Source of the DNA: Prochlorococcus marinus str. NATL2A
Lineage (GTDB): Bacteria > Cyanobacteriota > Cyanobacteriia > PCC-6307 > Cyanobiaceae
DNA length: 32,000 nucleotides
Direction of reading: 5' to 3'
Assembly: GCF_000012465.1 (NCBI RefSeq)
Contig: NC_007335.2
Span: 1,530,001-1,562,000 of the forward strand
A model generated the notes under the pieces. It made no database searches. It was given only the letters and a program-made list of their open reading frames with translations, and was not told the DNA's origin. Shown here one piece after another: positions 7,256 through 15,351 of this stretch (positions within the stretch are counted from its first letter, which is position 1; each line of letters begins with the position of its first letter). The translations under genes were made by a program, and so were the position numbers.

Positions 7256-7462
7256 CTAATTAAATCCTAATTTCAAAGTTCCCCAAAGATCAAATGCACC
7301 AAATAAAAAAGCTATAAAAACCAAGTCCCATGCTTTCTGCTTAATAGCCCAAGGAGCAAAAAATACTTCACCAAGGCCATGAAGAGCTGCTCCTATTCCT
7401 AGATGATCTAAAACCAAAAGGCCATGAGATAGTAAAAACAATCCGCTAGCAAAGTATCTCAA
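7256..7462 (-). CDS. Hypothetical small membrane protein with two predicted hydrophobic helices
   Basis: Hydrophobic segments are ASGLFLLSHGLLVL and WDLVFIAFLFGAFDLW. Only TTG starts are available, because the ORF contains no ATG. Confidence 0.35.
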   Translation of the reverse strand: MRYFASGLFLLSHGLLVLDHLGIGAALHGLGEVFFAPWAIKQKAWDLVFIAFLFGAFDLWGTLKLGFN

Positions 7463-7753
7463 AAAGGTATCGTAAGTTATGAGTTTAATTTTTTTTTATG
7501 TTCGAAAAAGTAATCGCTGTTTCAGGGAGAGATTTAAAGGTTTTGACCATCAAGTCAACCAAGAGTTTTTTATTTTTAATGTCTGATTTACTCATAACTT
7601 AATAGCTTTATGTAATTAAATTTATAAATATTTTTTATAATCTTATGTATCATTAATTGCTTTGTGAGCTAAATAAAACAAAGCATATTTGATGACTTTT
7701 AGTATATTTAAATACCCTTACTCTTACCTAAAAGATAATTAATTCGATAAAAG

Positions 7754-7772
7754 TGAATCAATTAATACAGTT
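7754..7772 (+). promoter_or_regulatory. Conserved 19-nt upstream element, copy 2 (TGAATCAATTAATACAGTT)
   Basis: It matches 18/19 positions of 6788-6806. It ends 44 nt before the ATG at 7817. Confidence 0.4.
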
Positions 7773-7816
7773 AGATAGATTTATTCACGTAATATTTGGT
7801 ACAAATAAAATTTTTA

Positions 7817-8326
7817 ATGAAACTCAATTTTGTACCGGTTAATATTTTTCGAGAGACTCCTGAAGTAACTTTTTTAGATGCCAGTGTTGAAGAATCAAAT
7901 GGTAGTGACGTCGTTATTCATAGAGGAGGAGCAACTTCCCCCCCTGATTTAAATAGCTTCGAGCAATATTATGTACATTATCATCAAACAGATAATAATC
8001 TCGTAATTGAGGGAGATAGGATTTTCACGCTATTAAATCCTCTTTGGGATGAACCCCATCACATAATTTATCTCAATAGATTCATGGGTGCACTACAAAT
8101 ACCTATAGGTACTTTTCATAGATCAATATCTGGAAAGGATGGAAGTATTGTTATCAATCAGGCAATCAGAGATAAACAATTTGAGGCAAAAACAGAATTT
8201 AATCCTATAAGTATTGAAAATAGAATTGATCTACAAAAAGCAAAATCTAAAGAACCTATTATCTGGTTATGGAAAGATGGAGAAATAAAGAGAATAAAAG
8301 ATTCTCTATTCCTGAAAGTAGCTTAA
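7817..8326 (+). CDS. Hypothetical protein, possibly a cupin-like beta-barrel
   Basis: 169-aa ORF from the ATG at 7817 (the track start at 7796 is TTG). It has His-rich beta-strand-like motifs (VVIHRGG, YYVHYHQTDNNLVIEGD, GTFHRS). The cupin call is weak. Confidence 0.5.
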   Translation: MKLNFVPVNIFRETPEVTFLDASVEESNGSDVVIHRGGATSPPDLNSFEQYYVHYHQTDNNLVIEGDRIFTLLNPLWDEPHHIIYLNRFMGALQIPIGTFHRSISGKDGSIVINQAIRDKQFEAKTEFNPISIENRIDLQKAKSKEPIIWLWKDGEIKRIKDSLFLKVA

Positions 8327-8372
8327 ATTGAGTATTACTTAAAAAACAAATTAATTCAATACATTATAGTAT

Positions 8373-8483
8373 CTAAGAAATATTTATCTTAAATACTATT
8401 TCTAGTAATAAAACAAATAATACACCTGACATTGCAATCCTGCCATGAACTATTTCAGTTTTACTTAGTCTCTCGAAAGACAT
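8373..8483 (-). CDS. HLIP-like one-helix (CAB/ELIP/HLIP family) mini-protein, 36 aa
   Basis: The reverse-strand ORF reads MSFERLSKTEIVHGRIAMSGVLFVLLLEIVFKINIS. It contains E-x-x-H-G-R-x-A-M-x-G, the chlorophyll-binding helix motif (ExxN/HxRxAM), followed by a hydrophobic helix. It is below the track cutoff. Confidence 0.5.
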   Translation of the reverse strand: MSFERLSKTEIVHGRIAMSGVLFVLLLEIVFKINIS

Positions 8484-8639
8484 GAACTAAAAACAAGCTA
8501 GTCAATTTATAACAAACTAAATAAAGAGAGCAAGTATCAAAAAATGCTTTTTCAGCTTAATTAAATTATTCAATTTTATTTATAAAAACAAAAGACTACG
8601 GCCCAAAAGATATTGTATCTCTTATGACAGACTAAAATA

Positions 8640-8658
8640 GTATGATAAATAATCATAC
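8640..8658. promoter_or_regulatory. Perfect 7-5-7 palindrome GTATGAT-AAATA-ATCATAC (operator candidate, Fur-box-like composition)
   Basis: The arms at 8640-8646 and 8652-8658 are exact reverse complements. The palindrome lies 19 nt upstream of the ATG at 8678. Confidence 0.3.
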
Positions 8659-8677
8659 AAAAAAGATTAAGTAATAA

Positions 8678-8821
8678 ATGAGTCCACTCTTTAAATGCCT
8701 TGGCTGTGGACAAAATATCGAAAGGTCAACAAAGACTTTTTGGAAAAAGAAAGGTCATATTCTTTGCTCTACTTGCCAAGACAAAATAGAGAAAGAAACT
8801 GCTTTTACTCAAACAAAATAG
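8678..8821 (+). CDS. Small zinc-ribbon-like protein (47 aa, CxxC-x19-CxxC)
   Basis: It reads MSPLFKCLGCGQNIERSTKTFWKKKGHILCSTCQDKIEKETAFTQTK. It is below the track cutoff and ends 2 nt from the convergent urtE stop. Confidence 0.4.
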   Translation: MSPLFKCLGCGQNIERSTKTFWKKKGHILCSTCQDKIEKETAFTQTK

Positions 8822-8823
8822 AC

Positions 8824-9531
8824 TTAAACACTAAGGAATTTCTCTACCACCGCTTTACTTAATTCACTAGTTGGGCCATTTGCTACTATCCCTCCACGTT
8901 GCATTGCATAATAACGATCAGCTTGCCTCACAAAATGCAGATGTTGCTCTACTAATAAAACTCCAACACCAGTCTCACTAATAATCCTTTTGACTGCTGA
9001 CTCAATATCTTGAACGATATTCGGCTGTATTCCTTCAGTTGGTTCATCAAGTAAAAGCAACTTTGGTTTTCCCAGTAGTGCTCGCGCAATGGCCAGTTGT
9101 TGCTGTTGTCCACCACTTAAGTCACCCCCTTTACGATCAAGAAATTGTTTTAAGACAGGGAATAGTTCATATACAAGTTCATCAATCTTTTTATGTTTTG
9201 CTAAACCTCCAGGCAAAGCTTCCAATCCAAGTTGAAGATTTTCCTCGACAGTTAGATAAGGTATTATTTCTCGTCCTTGAGGAACATATCCAATTCCTGA
9301 ACGAGCTCTTTGATGAGGTTGCTTTCTATTTACTAAATCTCCATTAAAAATAATCTCTCCACGCCGTGGAGTTAATAAACCTATTAAGGATTTAAGCAAA
9401 GTTGTTTTACCTACTCCATTTCGACCTATAAGACAAACCATCTCACCTTGGTTGATATTCATATCAACATCTCGAAGAATATGACTCTCGCCATAGTAAG
9501 TATTCAAGCCTTTTATCTGAAGCATAGTCAT
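8824..9531 (-). CDS. urtE: Urea ABC transporter ATP-binding protein UrtE
   Basis: Walker A GRNGVGKTT and signature LSGGQQQ are present, in a branched-chain/urea-type ABC ATPase. It is the last gene of a five-gene urt cluster next to the urease genes. Its start shares one nt with the urtD stop (TAATG). Confidence 0.9.
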   Translation of the reverse strand: MTMLQIKGLNTYYGESHILRDVDMNINQGEMVCLIGRNGVGKTTLLKSLIGLLTPRRGEIIFNGDLVNRKQPHQRARSGIGYVPQGREIIPYLTVEENLQLGLEALPGGLAKHKKIDELVYELFPVLKQFLDRKGGDLSGGQQQQLAIARALLGKPKLLLLDEPTEGIQPNIVQDIESAVKRIISETGVGVLLVEQHLHFVRQADRYYAMQRGGIVANGPTSELSKAVVEKFLSV

Positions 9532-10283
9532 TATTCTTCCTCCTCAGATTGTCCTAGATAAACCTCTATCACCAAAGGATCTTTTTGTATTTCGCTCATA
9601 GAGCCTTCCTTCAATACATATCCTTGGTGTAAAACACTCACAGGGCAATCAAGTCTACGAATAAATTCCATATCATGATCAATAACTAAAACAGTATGAT
9701 CACCCGCTAGAGATTTAAGAAGATCAGCAGTTAAATCTGTTTCTTCATCAGTCAAGCCAGCCACAGGTTCATCAACAAGTAACAGGTCAGGGTCTTGTCC
9801 AACTAGCATAGCAATCTCAAGCCATTGTTTTTGGCCATGAGAGAGAGCTCCCGCCCTGATATTGGCTTTTGATTGAAGGTTGACAATACTCATCAAATGT
9901 TGAATTTGATCTAAATGCTTAACCTTTAAATTATCAATCAATAATGAAAAAGGAGTTTTAGGCCTGCTAACTGATAGAGCTAGGTTTTCTTGTACAGATA
10001 GATTTTCAAATATCCTAGGACTTTGAAATTTTCTTCCAATCCCTTTACGCGCTATACGAAACTCCTTTTGACCAAGCAACGATTTTTCTTTAAAAATCAC
10101 ATCACCTTTTGTCGGTAATACTTTGCCAGTAATTACATCTAAAAATGTAGTTTTACCTGCACCATTGGGACCAATAACGGCTCTAAGATCGCCTTTATTC
10201 AAAACCAGATCAAGATCTCTAAGAGCAAGAAATCCCTCAAAGCTAACTGAGATTTTTTTTAGCTCTAGCAATGGAGAACTCAT
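9531..10283 (-). CDS. urtD: Urea ABC transporter ATP-binding protein UrtD
   Basis: Walker A GPNGAGKTT, an LSHGQKQ signature variant and Walker B LLLVDEP are present. An ATGA overlap links it to the urtC stop. Confidence 0.9.
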   Translation of the reverse strand: MSSPLLELKKISVSFEGFLALRDLDLVLNKGDLRAVIGPNGAGKTTFLDVITGKVLPTKGDVIFKEKSLLGQKEFRIARKGIGRKFQSPRIFENLSVQENLALSVSRPKTPFSLLIDNLKVKHLDQIQHLMSIVNLQSKANIRAGALSHGQKQWLEIAMLVGQDPDLLLVDEPVAGLTDEETDLTADLLKSLAGDHTVLVIDHDMEFIRRLDCPVSVLHQGYVLKEGSMSEIQKDPLVIEVYLGQSEEEE

Positions 10284-11395
10284 GATTTCACCTCACCTTG
10301 TTCATTAACTTCAAGACTTGGATATGTCTCCAGTTTTTTATTAATTCCAATTAAAAAGAGTAATTTCTTTAGACCTCCCTTTCGGATCCATCCAAGTACC
10401 CCTTCTGGGAGAGCTGTTACAACAAGAATAAATAATCCACCTTGAATAAACATCCAACTTGCTGGTAATGCTTCACTCACTAAACTTTTTGCATAATTAA
10501 TAAAAACAGCCCCAAGAATTGCGCCTAGTAAAGTTCCTCTGCCCCCAACGGCAACCCAAACAACCATTTCGATAGAGAACGGGACAGTCATAAATTGAGG
10601 CGAAACTATTCCAGATTGAACTGTATACAAAGCCCCTGAAATACCAGCTAAGCCTCCTGCTATTGAGAAAATTATTGTTTTAAAAATTACTGGATTATAT
10701 CCAGTGAAACGAACTCGAGCTTCATCATCTCTAATTCCAATAAGGATATTTCCAAATCGATCTCGAACAATCCACCTCGCAAAAAACCATGCAAGTATCA
10801 CTAAAATAGCTGATATCCAAAAGAACCATCTTTGCATTATTTCAGAACCTACCATTTGTCCAAAAAGTTGAGTCACGTCTGTTTTTAAACCATTTGTTCC
10901 ATTAATCAATTTCTGTTGACCATTAAAGAAATTGAAAAAAACTAAAAGAGCCGCTTGTGTAAGGATCGAAAAATAAACACCTTTAATTCTATTTCTAAAA
11001 ACTAAATAACCTAGAAGACCAGCAATTATTGCTGGTAGCAACCAAATGGAAATAAGAGTAAAAATTGAACTTTTAAAAGGTTCCCAAAAAAATGGAAGTT
11101 TTTCGACTCCATATAAACCAAAAAACTCAGGGATACCATTTGGAAATTCTCCTGAACTATTCAATTGGAGGAACATTGCAGCGCAATATCCACCAAGAGC
11201 AAAGAAAATTCCTTGCCCTAAGCTCAACATTCCTGTGAATCCCCAAATCAAATCAACTCCTAGGGCCACTATTGCAAGAGATAAATATCTACCTAAGAGA
11301 TTTAATCTAAAGACAGGAAGTAATGCAGGAGCAGCAATAATTAATGCAATGATTAGAACCCAAATCCAACTTTTTTTTGTAGAAAAAATACTCAT
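10280..11395 (-). CDS. urtC: Urea ABC transporter permease UrtC
   Basis: A polytopic LivM-like permease in the urt operon position. Confidence 0.9.
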   Translation of the reverse strand: MSIFSTKKSWIWVLIIALIIAAPALLPVFRLNLLGRYLSLAIVALGVDLIWGFTGMLSLGQGIFFALGGYCAAMFLQLNSSGEFPNGIPEFFGLYGVEKLPFFWEPFKSSIFTLISIWLLPAIIAGLLGYLVFRNRIKGVYFSILTQAALLVFFNFFNGQQKLINGTNGLKTDVTQLFGQMVGSEIMQRWFFWISAILVILAWFFARWIVRDRFGNILIGIRDDEARVRFTGYNPVIFKTIIFSIAGGLAGISGALYTVQSGIVSPQFMTVPFSIEMVVWVAVGGRGTLLGAILGAVFINYAKSLVSEALPASWMFIQGGLFILVVTALPEGVLGWIRKGGLKKLLFLIGINKKLETYPSLEVNEQGEVKS

Positions 11396-11398
11396 AAA

Positions 11399-12556
11399 TT
11401 AAGACTCCACCATTCTTCCTTTTTGAGGGAACATCCCAGTTGGTCGAAATTGCAAGAATATGACTATTAGTGCAAATATCATTACTCTAGCCATACTTGT
11501 TGTCGCAAAAAAATCTATTGTTGATGCTAGAGGTGAAGGCATATCTGGCCAAATGGTAAGGAGTCTCCCTGCTCCAATTAAATCAGTCATAATTCCTATA
11601 GAGAAAGAAGCAAGAATTGTGCCTAGCAAATTACCTACTCCACCAAGAACGACAACCATAAAACATCCCACAATATAATTTCCGCCAACATTTGGTCCTA
11701 CTGACCCTAGAAGTGAAACAGCAACTCCAGCAACTCCAGCAAGACCAGAGCCAATTCCAAAAGTAATAATATCTACTGTTTCTGTTGATATACCTAAACA
11801 ATCACTCATAGGTCTATTTTGAGTTACTGCTCTTATTCTCATTCCCCACGCTGTTTTATCGAGAAAGAAAATCACTACTAAAACAGATATTACAGTGATA
11901 AGGATTATTAATAAACGTGTTTTAGGGAAAGTAATTCCAACAAAATCTATACCACCTCTCATCCAAGAAGGAGCAGTAACATCAACGTTCCTTGCACTTG
12001 CACGACTAAGTTTACTTACTAACGAAGATAAAATACCTCCTGTTGCGACACCTATTAATGCAGAAAATCCCCACGTGCATGCCCTTATTAATTTACCTTT
12101 TGCACCAGAAAGTAAGTCATCAGAAATAAATAATGGTGAAAATAATCCAAAGAATAGTGCTACAACCAAACCACTTGCATAAGCGAGAGGAACACTTCTA
12201 ACAAATTGTTGAAGGATTAGACTAACTCCCCATGTAGCTAAAAGTGTTTCAAGAGGACTTCCATAGAGACGTCTAATAACTGTTCGTTCTAAAAGAATCC
12301 CAACTGTTCCACTAACTAAAAAAGCAATCCCAATTGCAACTATGACATACGAATCATAAAAAGGTTTTAAAAAAGAAACTTGTTTAAAAATTAATTGAGT
12401 TATGTATGTGGAATAAGCGCCAAGCATCATCAATTCGCCATGAGCAAGATTAATGACACCCATCAAACCGAAGACAATTGCCAGTCCCAGTGCTGCGACA
12501 AGCAAAACTGAGCCAATAGCAACGCCATTAAAGAGACTTTCAAGTAAAAGTTGCAC
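11399..12556 (-). CDS. urtB: Urea ABC transporter permease UrtB
   Basis: A LivH-like permease. The N-terminus is LLESLFNGVAIGSVLLVAALGLAIVFG and the start codon is GTG. Confidence 0.9.
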   Translation of the reverse strand: MQLLLESLFNGVAIGSVLLVAALGLAIVFGLMGVINLAHGELMMLGAYSTYITQLIFKQVSFLKPFYDSYVIVAIGIAFLVSGTVGILLERTVIRRLYGSPLETLLATWGVSLILQQFVRSVPLAYASGLVVALFFGLFSPLFISDDLLSGAKGKLIRACTWGFSALIGVATGGILSSLVSKLSRASARNVDVTAPSWMRGGIDFVGITFPKTRLLIILITVISVLVVIFFLDKTAWGMRIRAVTQNRPMSDCLGISTETVDIITFGIGSGLAGVAGVAVSLLGSVGPNVGGNYIVGCFMVVVLGGVGNLLGTILASFSIGIMTDLIGAGRLLTIWPDMPSPLASTIDFFATTSMARVMIFALIVIFLQFRPTGMFPQKGRMVES

Positions 12557-12578
12557 TAGCTTGGTTGTTTTTTAAAGA

Positions 12579-12604
12579 AATAAGGAGCCCGAAGGCTCCT
12601 TATT
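12579..12604 (-). terminator. Intra-operon hairpin between urtA and urtB (partial terminator or attenuator)
   Basis: On the minus strand it reads AAUAAGGAGCC-UUCG-GGCUCCUUAUU, an 11-bp perfect stem with a UUCG tetraloop, followed by UCUUU. It lies 29 nt after the urtA stop. Confidence 0.55.
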
Positions 12605-12632
12605 AGAATCTATTTATAAGTCAGAAATTGAA

Positions 12633-13910
12633 TCACATCCTATATTTTTCACCTTTCTTAGGATCAGTCCAATCACAAGCGTAACCTTTTGAACTTGGAT
12701 GTTTTTGGTTCCATGCTTGTGGCTCAACTACTCCAGTTTCTTCAAGGATTGTAAATCCACCCTCTGCATTGATTTCACCGATTCTCACTGTTTGAGATAG
12801 GTGATGATTTGCCATAACTTCTACTGGACCCTGAGGAGCATCGAATGTCTGACCAACCAATGCTTCTCTAACCGCATTGTCATCAAATGTACCTGCATCT
12901 TCAACTGCCTGCTTCCAAAGATAAACCATGTTATAGGCAGATTCTTGAGGATCAGCCACAACACGATCACTACCCCATCTCTTCTTAAAGCTCTTAGCAA
13001 ATTTCTTAGAAGCTGGCGTATCAATAGACATCATGTAGTTCCAAGCACCATAGTGGCCCTCAAGGAACTCAGGTCCAATCGTACTAATCTCTTCTTCCGC
13101 AATGGAGTAGTTCATTACGTAATAACCATTAGAAGGAGTGATTCCTGCGTCCTGGATTTGTTTGAAGAAAGCAACGTTTTGGTCACCATTCAAAGTGTTA
13201 ACTATGATTCCACCATCAGGAAGAGCAACTTTTATCTTCGAGATAATAGGTGCTACCTCAGTATTACCTAAAGGAAGATAATCTTCTCCAACAACTTTTC
13301 CGCCAAGTTGTTTCACTTGAGCTTTAGTAATTGTGTTAGAAGTTCTTGGAAAAACATAATCAGAACCAACTAAGAAGAAATCTCCTCCAGCAGCTGGAGA
13401 GCGCTTATACATGAAATCAGTGGCAGGCTCAGACTGCTGATTTGGAGTCGCTCCTGTATAGAAAATGTTATTGGAGCACTCTTGTGCTTCATATTGAATT
13501 GGGTAATAAAGGAATGCATCTTTTGATTCATAAACTGGAAGCATTGCCTTTCGACTTGCAGAAGTCCAGCCGCCAAAGACTACTGGTACTCCATCCTGGT
13601 CGATTAACTTCTTAGATTTCTCTGCAAAGGTAGGCCAATCTGAGGCACCATCTTCAACGATGTATTCAATTTTATAGCTTTTACCGTCGACTGTTACACC
13701 GCCAGCTGCATTGATTTCCTCAATAGCCATTTTCTCTGTATCAACAAGAGTTGATTCCGAGATTGCCATTGTCCCTGAAAGAGAATGGAGAATTCCAACA
13801 GTTACGGTGTCGTCAAAGTTGCCAGAGGAATCTGATCCACCACAAGCAGTAACAGTTACGGCTAAAGAGGCAGTAGCTAAACCTGCAAAAATGCGCTTTG
13901 AAAGCTTCAT
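12633..13910 (-). CDS. urtA: Urea ABC transporter substrate-binding protein UrtA
   Basis: It has a lipoprotein-type leader (LAVTVTAC-GG) and a LivJ/amide-binding-type periplasmic fold. It is the first gene of the urt cluster. Confidence 0.92.
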   Translation of the reverse strand: MKLSKRIFAGLATASLAVTVTACGGSDSSGNFDDTVTVGILHSLSGTMAISESTLVDTEKMAIEEINAAGGVTVDGKSYKIEYIVEDGASDWPTFAEKSKKLIDQDGVPVVFGGWTSASRKAMLPVYESKDAFLYYPIQYEAQECSNNIFYTGATPNQQSEPATDFMYKRSPAAGGDFFLVGSDYVFPRTSNTITKAQVKQLGGKVVGEDYLPLGNTEVAPIISKIKVALPDGGIIVNTLNGDQNVAFFKQIQDAGITPSNGYYVMNYSIAEEEISTIGPEFLEGHYGAWNYMMSIDTPASKKFAKSFKKRWGSDRVVADPQESAYNMVYLWKQAVEDAGTFDDNAVREALVGQTFDAPQGPVEVMANHHLSQTVRIGEINAEGGFTILEETGVVEPQAWNQKHPSSKGYACDWTDPKKGEKYRM

Positions 13911-14014
13911 GAATTACTAACTAAATTAGTTGTTTGCCCACCTTGGGGTTTAGGAAAAGTATCCAACTGAACACCCCTCTTTTTGTAGTAAATAAGACTG
14001 TTTTAGCTATTTCA

Positions 14015-14028
14015 GTAAACGAAGATAC
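14015..14028. promoter_or_regulatory. NtcA-type site GTA-N8-TAC upstream of urtA
   Basis: GTAAACGAAGATAC lies between the ureG stop (14043) and the urtA start (13910). On the minus strand a -10-like TATTTA lies about 20 nt downstream. The motif is short, so chance matches are expected in AT-rich DNA. Confidence 0.5.
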
Positions 14029-14042
14029 ATTTCCGTATTTGT

Positions 14043-14660
14043 TTATACCATCTTATGCACAGAGGGTATCTGATTACACAAAAACCCTTCAATTATTTTT
14101 ATCCCCTCCCCTGTTTTGGTATTGGTAAAACACCAGGGAAGATTTTTCCTCATAAGCAGAGTATCTCTCTCCATTATTTTCAGGCTTGCTCCAACCATTT
14201 CAGCAAGGTCAATCTTATTGATCACTAATAAATCAGAACGTGTTATTCCTGGCCCTCCTTTCCTAGGGATCTTGTCTCCCGCTGCGACATCAATTATGTA
14301 TATACATACATCTACTAACTCAGGGCTAAAACTCGCAGCTAGATTATCGCCACCACTTTCAACAAATACTAAATCTAAAGTTGTAAATTTATGCTCCAGC
14401 TCTTCAACCGCAATACGATTAATTGAGCAATCTTCCCTTATCGCTGTATGTGGGCAACCTCCAGTTTCAACTCCTTTGATACGTTCAGGTGCTAAAGCCT
14501 TTGAATTCGTTAAAAATTTTGCATCTTCTTGCGTATAAATATCATTTGTTACTACTGCAATCTCTAATCGATCTTTAAGATTTTCACATAGTCTCTGAAT
14601 AATAGCCGTTTTGCCAGATCCTACTGGACCAGCTATGCCAACTCTTAATTTACTTTCCAT
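14043..14660 (-). CDS. ureG: Urease accessory GTPase UreG
   Basis: It has the P-loop GPVGSGKT, the ETGGCPH (CPH) nickel-binding motif and NKIDL. Confidence 0.95.
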   Translation of the reverse strand: MESKLRVGIAGPVGSGKTAIIQRLCENLKDRLEIAVVTNDIYTQEDAKFLTNSKALAPERIKGVETGGCPHTAIREDCSINRIAVEELEHKFTTLDLVFVESGGDNLAASFSPELVDVCIYIIDVAAGDKIPRKGGPGITRSDLLVINKIDLAEMVGASLKIMERDTLLMRKNLPWCFTNTKTGEGIKIIEGFLCNQIPSVHKMV

Positions 14661-15331
14661 TAGCTTCGAAATAATCTTGAATAAAGTTCAATATGCGATT
14701 GTTGTGCCATAATCGCGCCCACATCACCAACCCAAATTTCTTTAGGATTCTGCTGCAATAAGTAACTTGCTTGAGACTTTATGTGTCTTAGGGATTTCAT
14801 TTGAAGCTGTTGAGCTTTTGTTGGTCCTAATGACAATAGTCTTAACGCTGCACTCAATTGATTAGCCACCCAACTATATAAAAATCCTTCCACTAAATCA
14901 ATTTGGGGTATATCCCAGCAAACTCCTGCCCAAGCCCAAGCTATCGGCCAAATAAATTTTTTTTCATTACCAGGAAGAGGATGATCTAGATCAATGAGAA
15001 GCTGTAATAGAGATTCACCCATTTGTATTTGTTGAGATCTGACATCTGGCGAATCTCTTAATGAACCAAGCCAAGAATTCCACTCTTCAATAATTAATTT
15101 ATGTTGAACATCTTTATGATCATTCCAATGCTCTAAATCTCTCATAATGTGAGCAATTGAGCTTGCCTCAATTGTTATCTGGCCTCGAGAGAGTTCACTT
15201 TTAATCCAATTAAAAAGTGTTGTCTCGTCATATACTTTTTGATTTTGAACAAGCCACTCCAATCCTTCAGAGTAACTAAAAGCACCAACTGGTAATGATG
15301 GGCTGATTAATTGTAAAAACTCAAGTTTCAT
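14660..15331 (-). CDS. ureF: Urease accessory protein UreF
   Basis: [26 protein letters not shown] is a typical UreF N-terminus. The track's TTG start at 15343 is an alternative. The stop overlaps the ureG start. Confidence 0.85.
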   Translation of the reverse strand: MKLEFLQLISPSLPVGAFSYSEGLEWLVQNQKVYDETTLFNWIKSELSRGQITIEASSIAHIMRDLEHWNDHKDVQHKLIIEEWNSWLGSLRDSPDVRSQQIQMGESLLQLLIDLDHPLPGNEKKFIWPIAWAWAGVCWDIPQIDLVEGFLYSWVANQLSAALRLLSLGPTKAQQLQMKSLRHIKSQASYLLQQNPKEIWVGDVGAIMAQQSHIELYSRLFRS

Positions 15332-15351
15332 AAACGGAATCAATCAAATCC

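Noticed and set aside
7702-7715. Another GTA-N8-TAC match (GTATATTTAAATAC) in the islet, upstream of the ORF at 7817.
   Set aside because: It is a short degenerate motif inside a very AT-rich spacer. The spacing to the nearest -10-like hexamer is off (18 nt), and there is no prior reason to expect NtcA control here. I use it as an illustration of the background rate.
4916-8823. Is the islet a mobile element, prophage remnant or defence island?
   Set aside because: On either strand I found no integrase, transposase, tRNA or tRNA-fragment att site, terminal inverted repeats, nuclease, helicase, methylase or toxin-antitoxin-like pair. Only composition and gene content suggest variability.
9039-14538. 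Long antisense ORFs inside urtE, urtC, urtB, urtA and ureG: 9039-9347, 11046-11402, 11460-11678, 11895-12182, 12801-13271, 13711-13920 and 14116-14538.
   Set aside because: Each lies wholly opposite a strongly supported, motif-bearing gene and has low-complexity or odd composition. Open antisense frames like these are a common artefact.
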